DNA from: Azolla caroliniana | Taxonomy: Eukaryota > Plantae > Polypodiophyta | Assembly (NCBI GenBank): GCA_043228905.1 | Contig: JBHGNT010000003.1 | Location: forward strand, 806,001 to 870,000 | DNA length: 64,000 bases | Reading direction: 5' to 3' | Shown: in pieces, positions 13,045 to 28,331 of the stretch | How positions within the stretch are numbered: position 1 is the stretch's first letter | Layout: the number at the start of each line of letters is the position of its first letter | Position numbers and translations under genes: made by a program | The notes under the pieces: model-generated | What the model saw: only the letters and a program-made list of their open reading frames with translations | Told to the model about the DNA's origin: nothing | Database searches by the model: none

Positions 13045-15172
13045 GTATGACTCTATGAGTTCTCTTCACTTCAAGAAAGAGATTTGTTTGGAAAATGGTC
13101 CTCCCTCATGGTGTAGCGCGTCGAAAGGAGGGGGCAATCTTAGGACTCGATCGCTCTTCGCCTTAGAATGTCTATGCTCTTCCTGATAGATAGATCAATT
13201 GATTGATTGATTGATTGACAAATCGATAGGCTACTCACTCTAAACAGTTGATTACTTTATGTCCATATGTTGTTGCATCTGTTGCATACAAGCTCCCTAG
13301 TGACATTGCTTCATTGGTTTTGCCACAGCTCGCTTATGATTGATTGATAGATTGATTGATCAACACTAAGGACTATTGCTCTAAACTGTTGGTTATATTT
13401 ATGTCTGTGTATCGTTGCAAGTGTCGCATACATGTTCCCTTGTGTTGTTTGTTGCGTGTGTTTTGTAATCGTTGGCTTATGCAATTGTTGTTTCAAGTTG
13501 TTGTCTACCACGGCCTCCTTGCGCTTCCAAATGTACTCCTACTTGTCATTGCTATTTGTGTTGCCCCTTTGTAGGCATACGCATATATACAAGCATACCA
13601 TATCCTTTACAAGTAGAATGGTATATAGATGGCATATCCAGCCCCCCCCCCCCCCCTTCGTACATTCTGCTACAATGTTAAGTACGTCTGGGCACAATTT
13701 GGATGAGGACATCACACACATACTATATACTCTTTCCAAATATCAATGACAGTTCAGGGCCCTACAATACATGCTCAACTTTTACTCTGAAAGCATGCAA
13801 AGCACTTACTTATAAGATAAGAGGTTGCCTTAATGCGTGGTTAATTTGATATCATGGTAAACCTTCTTTGTTTCATAAACAAGATATGGCATCACAATAG
13901 AACTAGATGTTATTTATGAATTGTTCTAAGCACGTAGTAGATGTTTAAAAATGGTGAACGCTAGAAACTTCAACTCATCAAACAAACATCGTAATTAGAT
14001 CATACACAAAAACTATAACTATATTTTAGACATGTTGATGTGAGCTTATATTTCGCGTATAGGATCTCACCAAACATGTGGTTTAAGGTTAGAAACATGA
14101 ATAATAGAAATGTGTCTTCTATTATATAATTGATTCACGTTTTTAAAATGCCAACCTACCAATAGCTAGTCGGTATCTAATAAAAAAAAGGTGATGTGAC
14201 CATGGAATTTATATAAATTCCTTTTCTTATAAACTATGCTCATCCCATGAACATAACTTGGAACAAAACTATTCATAATCAAGAAAATATTTAGAACAAC
14301 GGTATATTTGAAAAGGCATAGTTTTAAATATTATTTCATGGGCTTTTCCCGATGCTTCTTGTGGAGTGTTGTTTGATGGTCCATTGTCGCATTTGATAAA
14401 GTGACAATGAAAAATACCTTTTATTAGTATTCGAATATAGTTTAGGCTAGGCAATAGACATCAAAAGGTATAATATTAATCAAGAAAGTCATGCAGTCAA
14501 ACCCTACACACTTGAGGGTCATCTAATGAAGCATATGGAAAACATAGTGCATGATCACAACAATGGAGGGGAAATAGCATTGTAGGATTGATCCAAGGGA
14601 GAAAAAAGCTGACAAAGGAGACTTTTATAGGTGGAACCAATTATCTAGATGGGGAAGCCTAGTGATACTGTATTCACAAGGAAGATGGATTTCGTATTAC
14701 TTAATGGTTAAATCAATGATTTCATGAAAAATTCTTAATTATGACATAATGGGGCTAGAAAGAGAATCGCTTTAAGTTTATTATATTTCATGGTAGAGCA
14801 AACTATGACTCTCTTATTGTTTGCCTTCCTTAAAGAAAGTCATGATGGCTCCACAACACATGCTTTGTAACAATCTTAGTTATTGATTTCCCATTTGTCA
14901 TGCCTAAAAGTGAATCATTGGTACATGAACACCTCTAATTGCTTTTAATTTGTTCTAAACATTTGGAGTGTGAATAAACGTTCAACTTCGTCCATTATAA
15001 GTTGGCATAGAGTTAATGTACAAATTATAGTTTGAAATTAAAATTTAACTTGCATCCCTTGATTATAAAGCAGGATAACCAGCTTTTATCTAGAGGTCAA
15101 ACTCTCAAACTAGAAGGGTAAATGTATAAATCATCAAACTATAAGGGTAAATTCATTTCATGGGCCAAGAAC

Positions 15173-15560
15173 TATGGAGCTTGATTACAAGTACAAGTAT
15201 GATGATGTTTAAGTCACTTCATAAGCAAGGAAGAAAGGAAATTCAAATGTTAGTAAAAAGGTCTAGTCATAGATGGCGTTTAACTTGGGCCTCACAACTT
15301 CTAATAGGTTGCAAGGCCTAGGCTTATCTTTGGACAAGCTAAAAATTATAGTTGGTTTTATACAAGCCTAATCATGGAGCTTGATTACAAGTAGGAGGAT
15401 GTTTAGGTCACTTCATAAGCAAGGAAGAATGTAAATTCAAATGTCGGTAAAAAGGTCTAGTCATAGATGGAGTTTAACTTGAGCCTCACAACTTCTAATA
15501 GGTTGCAAGGCCTAGGCTTGTATTCGGACAAGCTAATATGCATAGCTGGCTTTATACAAC
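15173..15560. repeat. about 200-bp tandem duplication (also ~26113-26500)
   Basis: 'atggagcttgattacaagta...ttgcaaggcctaggctt...tttatacaa' occurs twice. Confidence 0.8.
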
Positions 15561-15599
15561 TTAGTTGTGTTCTATTAATCCTCTTAACACAAAGTCTTC

Positions 15600-17759
15600 C
15601 ATTGTCATTTCATATTTTAGGATTTAGGAACCTTGACCAAATGGCGTAGCTTTATCAATGTTTACACTTGTCCACAATTGAATACATAAGGTTGCAACTT
15701 ACATTTTTACCTAACATTATGGTTGTAGATGATGGAAAAGAAAATTATAAAGTGAACATTAAGTAAGATAGAAGAACCTAAATTGTTTGTAGTTTACAAT
15801 ACCATCACCACATAAGCAATGGTTCAAATATCATAAAACGAGCATAAAGAACATGTCAACCTATCAACATTAATCAACATTACTTCAATATGAGAGACAA
15901 CATGACAAGATGGCATGCACAACATGCCATTAGATGTACAAAACCACTTCACAAAAAACCATTTTTTATGGCAAAAGGGTACTATTAAGACATTTGTCTT
16001 GAAATCTATGATTCGTAAAAATTGTTTAACTCCATTAAGCAATATTGATTGCCCCATTAATGCAAAACTATATGCAATCGACACTCATCCATTGTTATCA
16101 TCCATGGATAGTCTTGTGACATCTAATTGATTAATATTCTTTCTCAAGCATATATAGATGACTCATACTTCACGATGATGAATGATCTTGAACATATGCA
16201 AGCAATAATTGATGAACTTGATATTAAAGTGTCACAGTTACCCCCTTGGATGAACGCGATGAGGAAAAAAAAGAGTTGAATGGGTTTTTGCATAGCGTTG
16301 ACAAAATTAACTTAGTGGAAAATAGCCACTTGATCATTACATATCTGCTTACAATTTAATGTGTACAATCCATATCGGAAAATATCACTTGATCGGTGTA
16401 AGGACATGTCACAAACCATAGTTTCTAAAATGTAGGTGTTATAAGCATGTTAAGAGAGGCCTATGGATTTTAGCATAGACAAAGCTCTACTCACCCAGAC
16501 CTTTTGGAGGATTAAAATTACTTTGATCTAAAGGTACATATGTTGGAAAGGAAAGCCATGTTGTTGCCTACCCATGAAGATGATCACTCAAGGATTAATG
16601 CATCTTCCATCATCTACAACTTTGGTTTTTGGGAAATCTCTTATTGGGAGTATGTGTTTGGAATGTTTGATGGTCATACCAAAGGGTGTCCCTTTAGCAC
16701 CAAATTGCTTAGAGCTTGAAAGTTAGTACTACAACATCTTAGTTGGAATGACAAGGGTAAGCATGTTGGCAACTTCATAAGATGGGAGAGTCTTCATTGG
16801 AGGTTCCTTTGTGTTCCCTTGTTAGCCCATGTGGAACTACATATGCCATTCTTCTTAGCCACACAAGGTATTAATTGTATCTCTAATTTTCTTAATGAGG
16901 GGTGTGAAGCTTTCTAGATGCAACAAAGCATAATAATTTGGGTCCACATTACAAATACATATGGTTTAGAATATCTAATCAACTATTTCCATTTACTCTC
17001 GTGTCACCACTAGTGGGATTGCATTGGCTTTTTTATTGGCAATTAATGCATGATAACATAAGTATTTGCGCGAATATTCTATCAGTTCATGACATGGAGA
17101 TGGTGGAAGGCTAGACTTATGACGCTTTGGAAATAGGTTTGTTGCTTAAACAAATAGTGTTATTGTGGTGAGGATTATTAGGTTCACTCATGATTGGATT
17201 TCATCCCTGTGTGAAGGACGTGAAACATAAAATACCATCAACATGCCATACCATTGAATGTTACCTTATTTTATACTATTGTTGTTGAAGAACAATGTTT
17301 AGCCTCACCAATAGAGTCTTGACAATGTCTCAAAATGTCATATAATGAAAGGGGTAGCCAACCCAATACCTAAAGCTCCTAGAATACCCTATGTCACAGG
17401 TGCTTATGGGTTTGTCCTAAATTCCTAGGGTTAATTGGTTTCTTGAGTATCCTACCATTAACTTATTAAAAACTGGTAACATTTCGTGAGAGAGCAACAT
17501 GTACATTGACGATTTTGTAGGTTTCGGTCGGCCCACTTGACTTGAACCTAAGACTTGTCAGCACCAAATTTAATCTGACCAATGATTTTGAGCCACCCCA
17601 CACATATTATTCATCTCAACCACTCTAACTAAACTTGGCCTTACATTTGCCATCACCGACCAGATACTGCACCGGAGACGCTCACGATCAAACTCATAGA
17701 ACCTCATACCCACTTACTTAGTAATGAAACTATTGTAGATGGTCTAACCTTCAACCTTT
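15600..17759 (-). mobile_element. decayed Gypsy-like retroelement (protease-like remnant, PBS, start of LTR)
   Basis: Minus-strand ORF 15824-16084 loosely resembles a retroviral aspartic-protease region. 'gctcctagaataccc-ta-tgtcaca' at 17375-17398 resembles an inverted PBS (gctctgatacca) next to an LTR TG end. Confidence 0.3.
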
Positions 17760-17859
17760 NNNNNNNNNNNNNNNNNNNNNNNNNNNNNNNNNNNNNNNNN
17801 NNNNNNNNNNNNNNNNNNNNNNNNNNNNNNNNNNNNNNNNNNNNNNNNNNNNNNNNNNN
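17760..17859. other. assembly gap (100 N)
   Basis: Run of exactly 100 N. Confidence 1.
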
Positions 17860-18175
17860 AAGGGAGGATATCTGTCAAGGCAGACTTTGATTTCCAACTA
17901 TATGCAAACATTGGCCAATGAAGAGTGATTTTGAGGCTCCACTAATTTTGGAATGCATTATTGCTGAGCCAAGAATATCTTGCTAAAGGAAATGGCAGAA
18001 TATTCTTGCATAAAATCACAATAATAAAGTCATAGCTAATATATATGAGTAGTGGTGACCAGAATTCACATCCAAAGGATAGATACATTCTCTTTGATGG
18101 GTTTCATCATTACCTTGATATGTTCCTTCAGGGTTGACAATTTTGATTTAACACTGTTTTCTTTTGAATTCATAG

Positions 18176-18946
18176 GAAAATGAACAGATTATAAGCCTCA
18201 ACGTGGCTTTTGGAAGCTCAGTTGAAGTGGAGGGAGCCCATGAAGTGACCCTTGCACACCCTGTGGAGTTGTCACTACCGATAAATAGGACCTCATTATT
18301 TCAAAGTTTAGCAACAAGCATAGTGTCTTTTGGTGAGAGTAGAATACATACACTAGGGCAGCAGGACAATGCTCTCCTCTCTATAAATATCATAGGATCT
18401 GCAATAGTCGCTAATATTACGGGTCTCAACTTATCTCTCGATACATCACAAGTAAATCCTGAGCCAAGCTTTCTGAACATTCTCTATAAGGGTGATCATG
18501 AAGTATCTTCATCAACATTAGAAATGTTGGACAAAGCCTCATGGCCTTTTCCTCTATTGAATATCTCAGATCCAAGCTTGTTATTGGTTGAGAACATAAT
18601 TGAAGAGACCAGTAACTATGTGAATTCTTGCACCATTCTACATGCTAAAGTAACCGCATCAACTTTTGTCCACTTTGAATTCGAGATAGAACGGACACTT
18701 GATAAAGAAGACTTCGATCCCACACTTTGGCCAGATTGGAGAACAAGGCCCAGTGTGAAAAGATATAGCTACCAAGTTATTGCCAGAATTAAAGATAATA
18801 GTCTCATACCTATGTCAGTTAAATCTTTGAAATATTATGAAAATATTGAAAGTAATAATTGGTGGGATGTTTCCTCTAATGTATCATATGCAGGTTTTTC
18901 TGGATACTTTGTACCATCTAGCCCTATGACACTAGATACCTATTGA
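18176..18946 (+). pseudogene. duplicate of the last exon only of the TIN1-like gene
   Basis: Same translation as 7231-8001. Exons 1-2 are absent from copy 2. Confidence 0.7.
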
Positions 18947-21900
18947 ATGGATTTTATGATTAGTCTTGTGTATATTTATAAAGCATTCCAATGCTTTTTT
19001 GTAATTTAACAATCATGATAATGGGCCTAATGAGCTTTTTATGATGTCCACATCCTGCCTTCTTTCTGATGCCAAATTTGAAACAAAACTATATATATTG
19101 TAAATATTCTAAGCCTTCGTATAATTTAATAAGCATGGTAATGAACTTTCTAGAATGCTCCTAGCTTTCCCTTTAACTCCTGGCGTCGCAAGTTTCAAGC
19201 AAAGCATTGTATATTGACAAAGAGACTGTTGTAAGTGTCTAACTCCCATTGATCTAGGAGGCATCCAACAAACCAAGTAGCTGACTGCACTAAGCTTTGA
19301 ACTTGCTTCTTCTATGACTTACGAACAAGAGGCACACTGGAAAACAATGAACTATTTTGGGGAAGACAAACAGTAATGAAATATTATCGTACGTTTTGAG
19401 GTTTTGCTTAATGATTTGTATTAAAAACTATCAACCCTTCTGGGCCTTCGAGACAATGCTAATGCAAGTTAGTTAATATATGTCCCAAGACACAATGTTA
19501 ATGCACGTCTTGTTAATTTATGCCAGTGATTTTGCTAATGAATATTGGTTTATTATTTATTTTATGTTATTGTGACACTTCTAATTCAACTCTAAGAGGT
19601 GATGCTAATACAAGCCTACTTAATTTATGGTAGTCATAATGCTAATTAATAGTGATTTATTATTTATTTTATGTTACTATGACACACATAATTTTAATCA
19701 GGCCATTTCATAGTGTATCTACATTAATTGCTTGAAATTGAAATTAGTGTCCTGCTTTTAAACCGTAAATAGCATACAATGATCTAATAGCCTAATCCTC
19801 TATCAAGTTGTGTGATCTTAAAAACAAAACACAGGCTCAGAATTTGGCAATATTAATTTAATATATTATTCACATTCCTAGTATAACCTCTTTTGTGGAA
19901 GGGATGTTGAAGGAAAAAATTTCATCATAATAATATGAACCCAACTTTTCTCGTAGATATAAATAAGCATGATTGTATGTTAACAAATAGATTCATTTGA
20001 TACTCAATGCTTTTCCGGAATCTATTGAAATATTTGTGATTGGCCGTCAAGATAAAATTTTCATATCTATATTATGAAAGGTGCTATGAGTTTCCCGTAT
20101 AAGAAAAATTATGATGTTTGTTAAATACTTTATTAGCAGTGCACATAAGACAACATAGGATATATCTATGCCACAAATTTTTGTTGGTATACCTTGTAAT
20201 CTTGTTGTGAAACAATATGATAACAAAAAAACCAGTTACATTGCTATTCTCTAATTTAGACCCATATAATCACAAAAGTTTGATTTCCATAACAGAATGA
20301 ATGAGGAATATGAAAACTTCACTAAGGACGGAAGTTATCTGAACATTGAAGGTAAAATATTGCAGTATTAACAACTTTTTTCTAGGATGCTTCTTTTCAA
20401 ACAAAGCAAAATCCTAACAAATTGATGAAGAGATACAGAGATTCTCACAAGTATTAGGGTTATTCTCACATTTAGGGTTAGCAAAATCCTAACCATGGGC
20501 ATTTGCTCCTTTCATTAGCTCATTCAAGTAATAACATATATTACCAATCGGACACGTCAATCCAACGTTGAAAAGGTGAGTTGGTTTCTCATGGAAAGCC
20601 GACGAGGATAACATGAAAACGCAACAAAACTAGTGGCATTCATAATCTTCATATGACAACTAGCCTTAATCGTATTCTCTCCTTGTCTCAACTTGGTAAC
20701 AATGATAGTGGAGGACAGAAGCAACAGGTAAATACTATTTCTGTAATATGAATCCAAAATGAACATCATGACAAATTAACATCACATTATTAATTACTTT
20801 CTTATTACAGGAATTTAGTAGAAAAATTACAATGTTTCTATTTTATTTTGTTCCAAACCATTATAAGTACTTCCAACCGTTAAGTTTCAAAAAGTACCAC
20901 CAGTGTTAGTGAATGAGGGGCATCTCTTTTTTTCTCGAAAAAAGGGGTTATTATTGATCACTCACATATCAGACTAAAGATTTCCTTCTCTGTGAAATTT
21001 ATATTATGCAGCCATGGTGGGTAGTGGCAGGAGCAGTTGACCAACACGGTTAAACAAATGGAGTTCATTTTAAAAGTATCAGCTTGTCTGATATCAGTGC
21101 CTGTCAAGATGGCTGTTCACATGTAGGTGCCTGACAATAGTGGTGTGAGCACCTACTTCATGATAGCAGTCTTCATCAACATGTCCTTGGCAAACCCTAC
21201 ACCTTTTTCACCACTACAATGGGTGGACATGACCACAGCCAGCATTAACCACCTGCCAAAACACCAGAGGCCATGATGGCTCTGGAGGTGATCTCCTTCA
21301 GTTGCTACTTGTTCTCATGCAAGTCTTCTTGTCATGATGCAAAACAAGGTGGTCGAGCTCGTGATAAGCGGCAACGGAGGTGTCACTGCCTTTCTCCAGT
21401 TGGTTCTGCTAGTGTGCATGCTGGGCACTGTAGCTGGACTGCATCCATGAGAAGCTCATTGAGATTCAGCTTGGTCCTCTTTCATGCAGAAACACCCCTG
21501 AACCACCACTGCAATCCTCCCCCTTATCTCCCTTGTCTCTGCCAGCCTCCTCACTTTCATCTCTGCTGCCGTCTATGCTTTCCTCAGCCATTAATCCATC
21601 CATTGAATATTTTTTTATAGAGTTCTCACCCGCATATTTTTCAAACAAACGCCCATTGTTGTTGATTTAAATTTTTGGTGTATAATATTCCCTCACATTT
21701 GTCAAACACATGAATAGCATTGCATGGCCATATTAAAATCTGCTGCCGTCTATGCTTTCCTCAGCCATTAATCCATCTATTGAATATTTTTTTGTAGAGT
21801 TCTCACCCACATATTTTTTAAACAAATGCCCATTGTTGGTGATTTAAATTTTTGGTGTATAATATTCCCTCTCACACTTGTCAAAACACATGAATAGCAT

Positions 21901-22284
21901 TGCATGGCCATATTTGTATTTTTTTAGTGTATAAAATCCCCATACATTTGTCAACACGTGAATACCATTTTACCTAGCACTCATTTCCAACTACGGTGCA
22001 GTACCAGAAGGGAGACAAATACTAGAAGTGAGATATGCATCAGCATCACCACTCATTCATAAATGCTTTTGCTAGAGCTCCCTAAGATGAAGGAGTCTGG
22101 CCCTCAATATGTAGGTATTCTCATGTCACCTTCACATTGGCTAAATGAGAACCAGCATAATCATAGCTTCTGATGATTGATTGATGCAAAGATATATATT
22201 AACATTGCCTAAGAGCAAAACAGGCAAAATAAAACCATGGTAAAATAAAAGCGGGTGAACAAAGAGGAATGAGCTTCATCATCA

Positions 22285-23583
22285 TCATACATTATTCCAT
22301 ATGGTGCTCATTAACCGAGCATGCACACAAAAGCTGAAGAGATAAATTTTGCTTTTTTCAATGCCAAAAGGACCCGATGGTGTCAACTGGTGCCATTGTG
22401 GCGGCGTCTTTGTCAAGTTACAAACAACAAGTTTTGAGTTCCTTTGAGAATACAAGTAAAGAAGGTTTCCTGAACTAACAATTTGATCTACTAAAGGACC
22501 TTTACCTTTGCCACAAAAACCTCGAAAGATACCATAAGGCATTCGAGCAATTTCAAGCATTTCCATACCAGGTTCATGAAGCTCCCATATACGAATACTC
22601 TTAAATGCTTCAATACCATGAGTGACCCCTACAAGAAGGATCTTATCATGATGTTCTACCAGCCTTCCATACGCATAACAAGAAGGAACAAGCATTGGAA
22701 TCTGGTTCCAAACCCCCTTTTGCATGTCATAAACTAACAGGGCTTCAGGTGGACCCGCCGTCCAACAATAGAAGAACCCTCGAGAGAATAATGAGCATGC
22801 GAATGCTAATTTTTGGCGCACGGGTAGTTTGGCAGTGATAGACCATTCATTCGTTAAAGAATCATAAACTTCAGTGATAGCCTCGGATTCGAAGCTACCA
22901 ACAGCAATCACCTTAAAACTACATTTCTTCTCATCGACGAGAATTCCCACAACAGGATCGGGGCGATTCACGTGCCGTTTCGGTAATTCTCTATAACTAG
23001 ACATGAGAGGGTTAAGCACAAGGAGTACCTGGTTTTCAGCATATGCATTGACACATAGCAATCCCGAAGAGGCGGCGACAGGGTAGCAACCCCGATCACG
23101 TGGCATGATACCTGAGACACCACCAATGCTTATCTTACGCCACCGCGAGAATTCGGAATCGAGGACATAGGAGAGGGGGGTATCATTAAAGGGTTCAATA
23201 CACAGGGCAAAGAGCCATGGTTCCGGTGGATGCATCTCTGAACAGAGAAGAAGGAGGCGTTCCGAGAATGTTTCTTGGTACCATTGTTTCGATACGGTAG
23301 ACGTCCGCACATACAAAGAGAGGGGTAGGCAGGAGCGGATCCGGTCAACGATTTCTTCAGGAAGGTCCGCAAAGGAGAGGTCGTTGTCATCAGGGGCATA
23401 TGGCATGGTGATATCTGATTGGTCTACTGGTGAAGAGGGGGTCAGGCATGCTAGGCCGGGAGGGCGGAGAAGGTTGCCACCAAGAAGAAGGAGAGGTGGA
23501 GATGGAGAAGAAATCTGATTAATCTGTGTATGCCAGAGGGATCTAATGAGAGAGAATTTGATACAGCTTACCAAATTGCCCAT
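22285..23583 (-). CDS. F-box/kelch-like protein, second identical copy (probably an assembly duplicate)
   Basis: 432-aa ORF identical to 11340-12638. Confidence 0.75.
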   Translation of the reverse strand: MGNLVSCIKFSLIRSLWHTQINQISSPSPPLLLLGGNLLRPPGLACLTPSSPVDQSDITMPYAPDDNDLSFADLPEEIVDRIRSCLPLSLYVRTSTVSKQWYQETFSERLLLLCSEMHPPEPWLFALCIEPFNDTPLSYVLDSEFSRWRKISIGGVSGIMPRDRGCYPVAASSGLLCVNAYAENQVLLVLNPLMSSYRELPKRHVNRPDPVVGILVDEKKCSFKVIAVGSFESEAITEVYDSLTNEWSITAKLPVRQKLAFACSLFSRGFFYCWTAGPPEALLVYDMQKGVWNQIPMLVPSCYAYGRLVEHHDKILLVGVTHGIEAFKSIRIWELHEPGMEMLEIARMPYGIFRGFCGKGKGPLVDQIVSSGNLLYLYSQRNSKLVVCNLTKTPPQWHQLTPSGPFGIEKSKIYLFSFCVHARLMSTIWNNV

Positions 23584-23593
23584 AAATGAAATG

Positions 23594-23646
<53 letters not shown>

Positions 23647-23819
23647 AATATACAGAGCCCTCTTAGAAGAGAGAAACCCTATACAGAGAGCTCTGAGAGA
23701 GAGAGAGAGATCAATATACAGAGCCCTCTTAGAAGAGAGAGAAACCCTATACGGAGAGCTCTTGACAGAGAGAGAGAGAGAGCCCTCTAGAAGAGAGAGA
23801 AACCCTATACAGAGAGCTC

Positions 23820-23863
<44 letters not shown>

Positions 23864-23949
23864 TGAGAAAAACCCTATACTGCCTGCCTCTTTCTGAAGC
23901 TTCCTTTCTTTGAAATGAATCACTAAGTCTCCTTTTGATAGAGAGAGAG

Positions 23950-23983
<34 letters not shown>

Positions 23984-26900
23984 GTATGACTCTATGAGTT
24001 CTCTTCACTTCAAGAAAGAGATTTGTTTGGAAAATGGTCCTCCCTCATGGTGTAGCGCGTCGAAAGGAGGGGGCAATCTTAGGACTCGATCGCTCTTCGC
24101 CTTAGAATGTCTATGCTCTTCCTGATAGATAGATCAATTGATTGATTGATTGATTGACAAATCGATAGGCTACTCACTCTAAACAGTTGATTACTTTATG
24201 TCCATATGTTGTTGCATCTGTTGCATACAAGCTCCCTAGTGACATTGCTTCATTGGTTTTGCCACAGCTCGCTTATGATTGATTGATAGATTGATTGATC
24301 AACACTAAGGACTATTGCTCTAAACTGTTGGTTATATTTATGTCTGTGTATCGTTGCAAGTGTCGCATACATGTTCCCTTGTGTTGTTTGTTGCGTGTGT
24401 TTTGTAATCGTTGGCTTATGCAATTGTTGTTTCAAGTTGTTGTCTACCACGGCCTCCTTGCGCTTCCAAATGTACTCCTACTTGTCATTGCTATTTGTGT
24501 TGCCCCTTTGTAGGCATACGCATATATACAAGCATACCATATCCTTTACAAGTAGAATGGTATATAGATGGCATATCCAGCCCCCCCCCCCCCCCTTTCG
24601 TACATTCTGCTACAATGTTAAGTACGTCTGGGCACAATTTGGATGAGGACATCACACACATACTATATACTCTTTCCAAATATCAATGACAGTTCAGGGC
24701 CCTACAATACATGCTCAACTTTTACTCTGAAAGCATGCAAAGCACTTACTTATAAGATAAGAGGTTGCCTTAATGCGTGGTTAATTTGATATCATGGTAA
24801 ACCTTCTTTGTTTCATAAACAAGATATGGCATCACAATAGAACTAGATGTTATTTATGAATTGTTCTAAGCACGTAGTAGATGTTTAAAAATGGTGAACG
24901 CTAGAAACTTCAACTCATCAAACAAACATCGTAATTAGATCATACACAAAAACTATAACTATATTTTAGACATGTTGATGTGAGCTTATATTTCGCGTAT
25001 AGGATCTCACCAAACATGTGGTTTAAGGTTAGAAACATGAATAATAGAAATGTGTCTTCTATTATATAATTGATTCACGTTTTTAAAATGCCAACCTACC
25101 AATAGCTAGTCGGTATCTAATAAAAAAAAGGTGATGTGACCATGGAATTTATATAAATTCCTTTTCTTATAAACTATGCTCATCCCATGAACATAACTTG
25201 GAACAAAACTATTCATAATCAAGAAAATATTTAGAACAACGGTATATTTGAAAAGGCATAGTTTTAAATATTATTTCATGGGCTTTTCCCGATGCTTCTT
25301 GTGGAGTGTTGTTTGATGGTCCATTGTCGCATTTGATAAAGTGACAATGAAAAATACCTTTTATTAGTATTCGAATATAGTTTAGGCTAGGCAATAGACA
25401 TCAAAAGGTATAATATTAATCAAGAAAGTCATGCAGTCAAACCCTACACACTTGAGGGTCATCTAATGAAGCATATGGAAAACATAGTGCATGATCACAA
25501 CAATGGAGGGGAAATAGCATTGTAGGATTGATCCAAGGGAGAAAAAAGCTGACAAAGGAGACTTTTATAGGTGGAACCAATTATCTAGATGGGGAAGCCT
25601 AGTGATACTGTATTCACAAGGAAGATGGATTTCGTATTACTTAATGGTTAAATCAATGATTTCATGAAAAATTCTTAATTATGACATAATGGGGCTAGAA
25701 AGAGAATCGCTTTAAGTTTATTATATTTCATGGTAGAGCAAACTATGACTCTCTTATTGTTTGCCTTCCTTAAAGAAAGTCATGATGGCTCCACAACACA
25801 TGCTTTGTAACAATCTTAGTTATTGATTTCCCATTTGTCATGCCTAAAAGTGAATCATTGGTACATGAACACCTCTAATTGCTTTTAATTTGTTCTAAAC
25901 ATTTGGAGTGTGAATAAACGTTCAACTTCGTCCATTATAAGTTGGCATAGAGTTAATGTACAAATTATAGTTTGAAATTAAAATTTAACTTGCATCCCTT
26001 GATTATAAAGCAGGATAACCAGCTTTTATCTAGAGGTCAAACTCTCAAACTAGAAGGGTAAATGTATAAATCATCAAACTATAAGGGTAAATTCATTTCA
26101 TGGGCCAAGAACTATGGAGCTTGATTACAAGTACAAGTATGATGATGTTTAAGTCACTTCATAAGCAAGGAAGAAAGGAAATTCAAATGTTAGTAAAAAG
26201 GTCTAGTCATAGATGGCGTTTAACTTGGGCCTCACAACTTCTAATAGGTTGCAAGGCCTAGGCTTATCTTTGGACAAGCTAAAAATTATAGTTGGTTTTA
26301 TACAAGCCTAATCATGGAGCTTGATTACAAGTAGGAGGATGTTTAGGTCACTTCATAAGCAAGGAAGAATGTAAATTCAAATGTCGGTAAAAAGGTCTAG
26401 TCATAGATGGAGTTTAACTTGAGCCTCACAACTTCTAATAGGTTGCAAGGCCTAGGCTTGTATTCGGACAAGCTAATATGCATAGCTGGCTTTATACAAC
26501 TTAGTTGTGTTCTATTAATCCTCTTAACACAAAGTCTTCCATTGTCATTTCATATTTTAGGATTTAGGAACCTTGACCAAATGGCGTAGCTTTATCAATG
26601 TTTACACTTGTCCACAATTGAATACATAAGGTTGCAACTTACATTTTTACCTAACATTATGGTTGTAGATGATGGAAAAGAAAATTATAAAGTGAACATT
26701 AAGTAAGATAGAAGAACCTAAATTGTTTGTAGTTTACAATACCATCACCACATAAGCAATGGTTCAAATATCATAAAACGAGCATAAAGAACATGTCAAC
26801 CTATCAACATTAATCAACATTACTTCAATATGAGAGACAACATGACAAGATGGCATGCACAACATGCCATTAGATGTACAAAACCACTTCACAAAAAACC

Positions 26901-28331
26901 ATTTTTTATGGCAAAAGGGTACTATTAAGACATTTGTCTTGAAATCTATGATTCGTAAAAATTGTTTAACTCCATTAAGCAATATTGATTGCCCCATTAA
27001 TGCAAAACTATATGCAATCGACACTCATCCATTGTTATCATCCATGGATAGTCTTGTGACATCTAATTGATTAATATTCTTTCTCAAGCATATATAGATG
27101 ACTCATACTTCACGATGATGAATGATCTTGAACATATGCAAGCAATAATTGATGAACTTGATATTAAAGTGTCACAGTTACCCCCTTGGATGAACGCGAT
27201 GAGGAAAAAAAAGAGTTGAATGGGTTTTTGCATAGCGTTGACAAAATTAACTTAGTGGAAAATAGCCACTTGATCATTACATATCTGCTTACAATTTAAT
27301 GTGTACAATCCATATCGGAAAATATCACTTGATCGGTGTAAGGACATGTCACAAACCATAGTTTCTAAAATGTAGGTGTTATAAGCATGTTAAGAGAGGC
27401 CTATGGATTTTAGCATAGACAAAGCTCTACTCACCCAGACCTTTTGGAGGATTAAAATTACTTTGATCTAAAGGTACATATGTTGGAAAGGAAAGCCATG
27501 TTGTTGCCTACCCATGAAGATGATCACTCAAGGATTAATGCATCTTCCATCATCTACAACTTTGGTTTTTGGGAAATCTCTTATTGGGAGTATGTGTTTG
27601 GAATGTTTGATGGTCATACCAAAGGGTGTCCCTTTAGCACCAAATTGCTTAGAGCTTGAAAGTTAGTACTACAACATCTTAGTTGGAATGACAAGGGTAA
27701 GCATGTTGGCAACTTCATAAGATGGGAGAGTCTTCATTGGAGGTTCCTTTGTGTTCCCTTGTTAGCCCATGTGGAACTACATATGCCATTCTTCTTAGCC
27801 ACACAAGGTATTAATTGTATCTCTAATTTTCTTAATGAGGGGTGTGAAGCTTTCTAGATGCAACAAAGCATAATAATTTGGGTCCACATTACAAATACAT
27901 ATGGTTTAGAATATCTAATCAACTATTTCCATTTACTCTCGTGTCACCACTAGTGGGATTGCATTGGCTTTTTTATTGGCAATTAATGCATGATAACATA
28001 AGTATTTGCGCGAATATTCTATCAGTTCATGACATGGAGATGGTGGAAGGCTAGACTTATGACGCTTTGGAAATAGGTTTGTTGCTTAAACAAATAGTGT
28101 TATTGTGGTGAGGATTATTAGGTTCACTCATGATTGGATTTCATCCCTGTGTGAAGGACGTGAAACATAAAATACCATCAACATGCCATACCATTGAATG
28201 TTACCTTATTTTATACTATTGTTGTTGAAGAACAATGCTTAGCCTCACCAATAGAGTCTTGACAATGTCTCAAAATGTCATATAATGAAAGGGGTAGCCA
28301 ACCCAATACCTAAAGCTCCTAGAATACCCTA

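Larger units (their letters stand above)
6915..17759 (+). repeat. copy 1 of a 10.84-kb direct duplication
   Basis: Matches 17860-28699 (offset 10945 falling to 10940). The ORF track gives near-identical proteins in both copies. Confidence 0.97.

Noticed and set aside
12598-13069. ORFs rich in ER/SL/TH dipeptides (also 23546-24008, 38338-38728, 55291-55524)
   Set aside because: These are translations of (AG)n, (CA)n and (TA)-rich microsatellites, not genes.
22285-23583. F-box tandem gene-family expansion
   Set aside because: The protein is identical and lies within the gap-centred duplication, so an assembly artefact is the simpler explanation.
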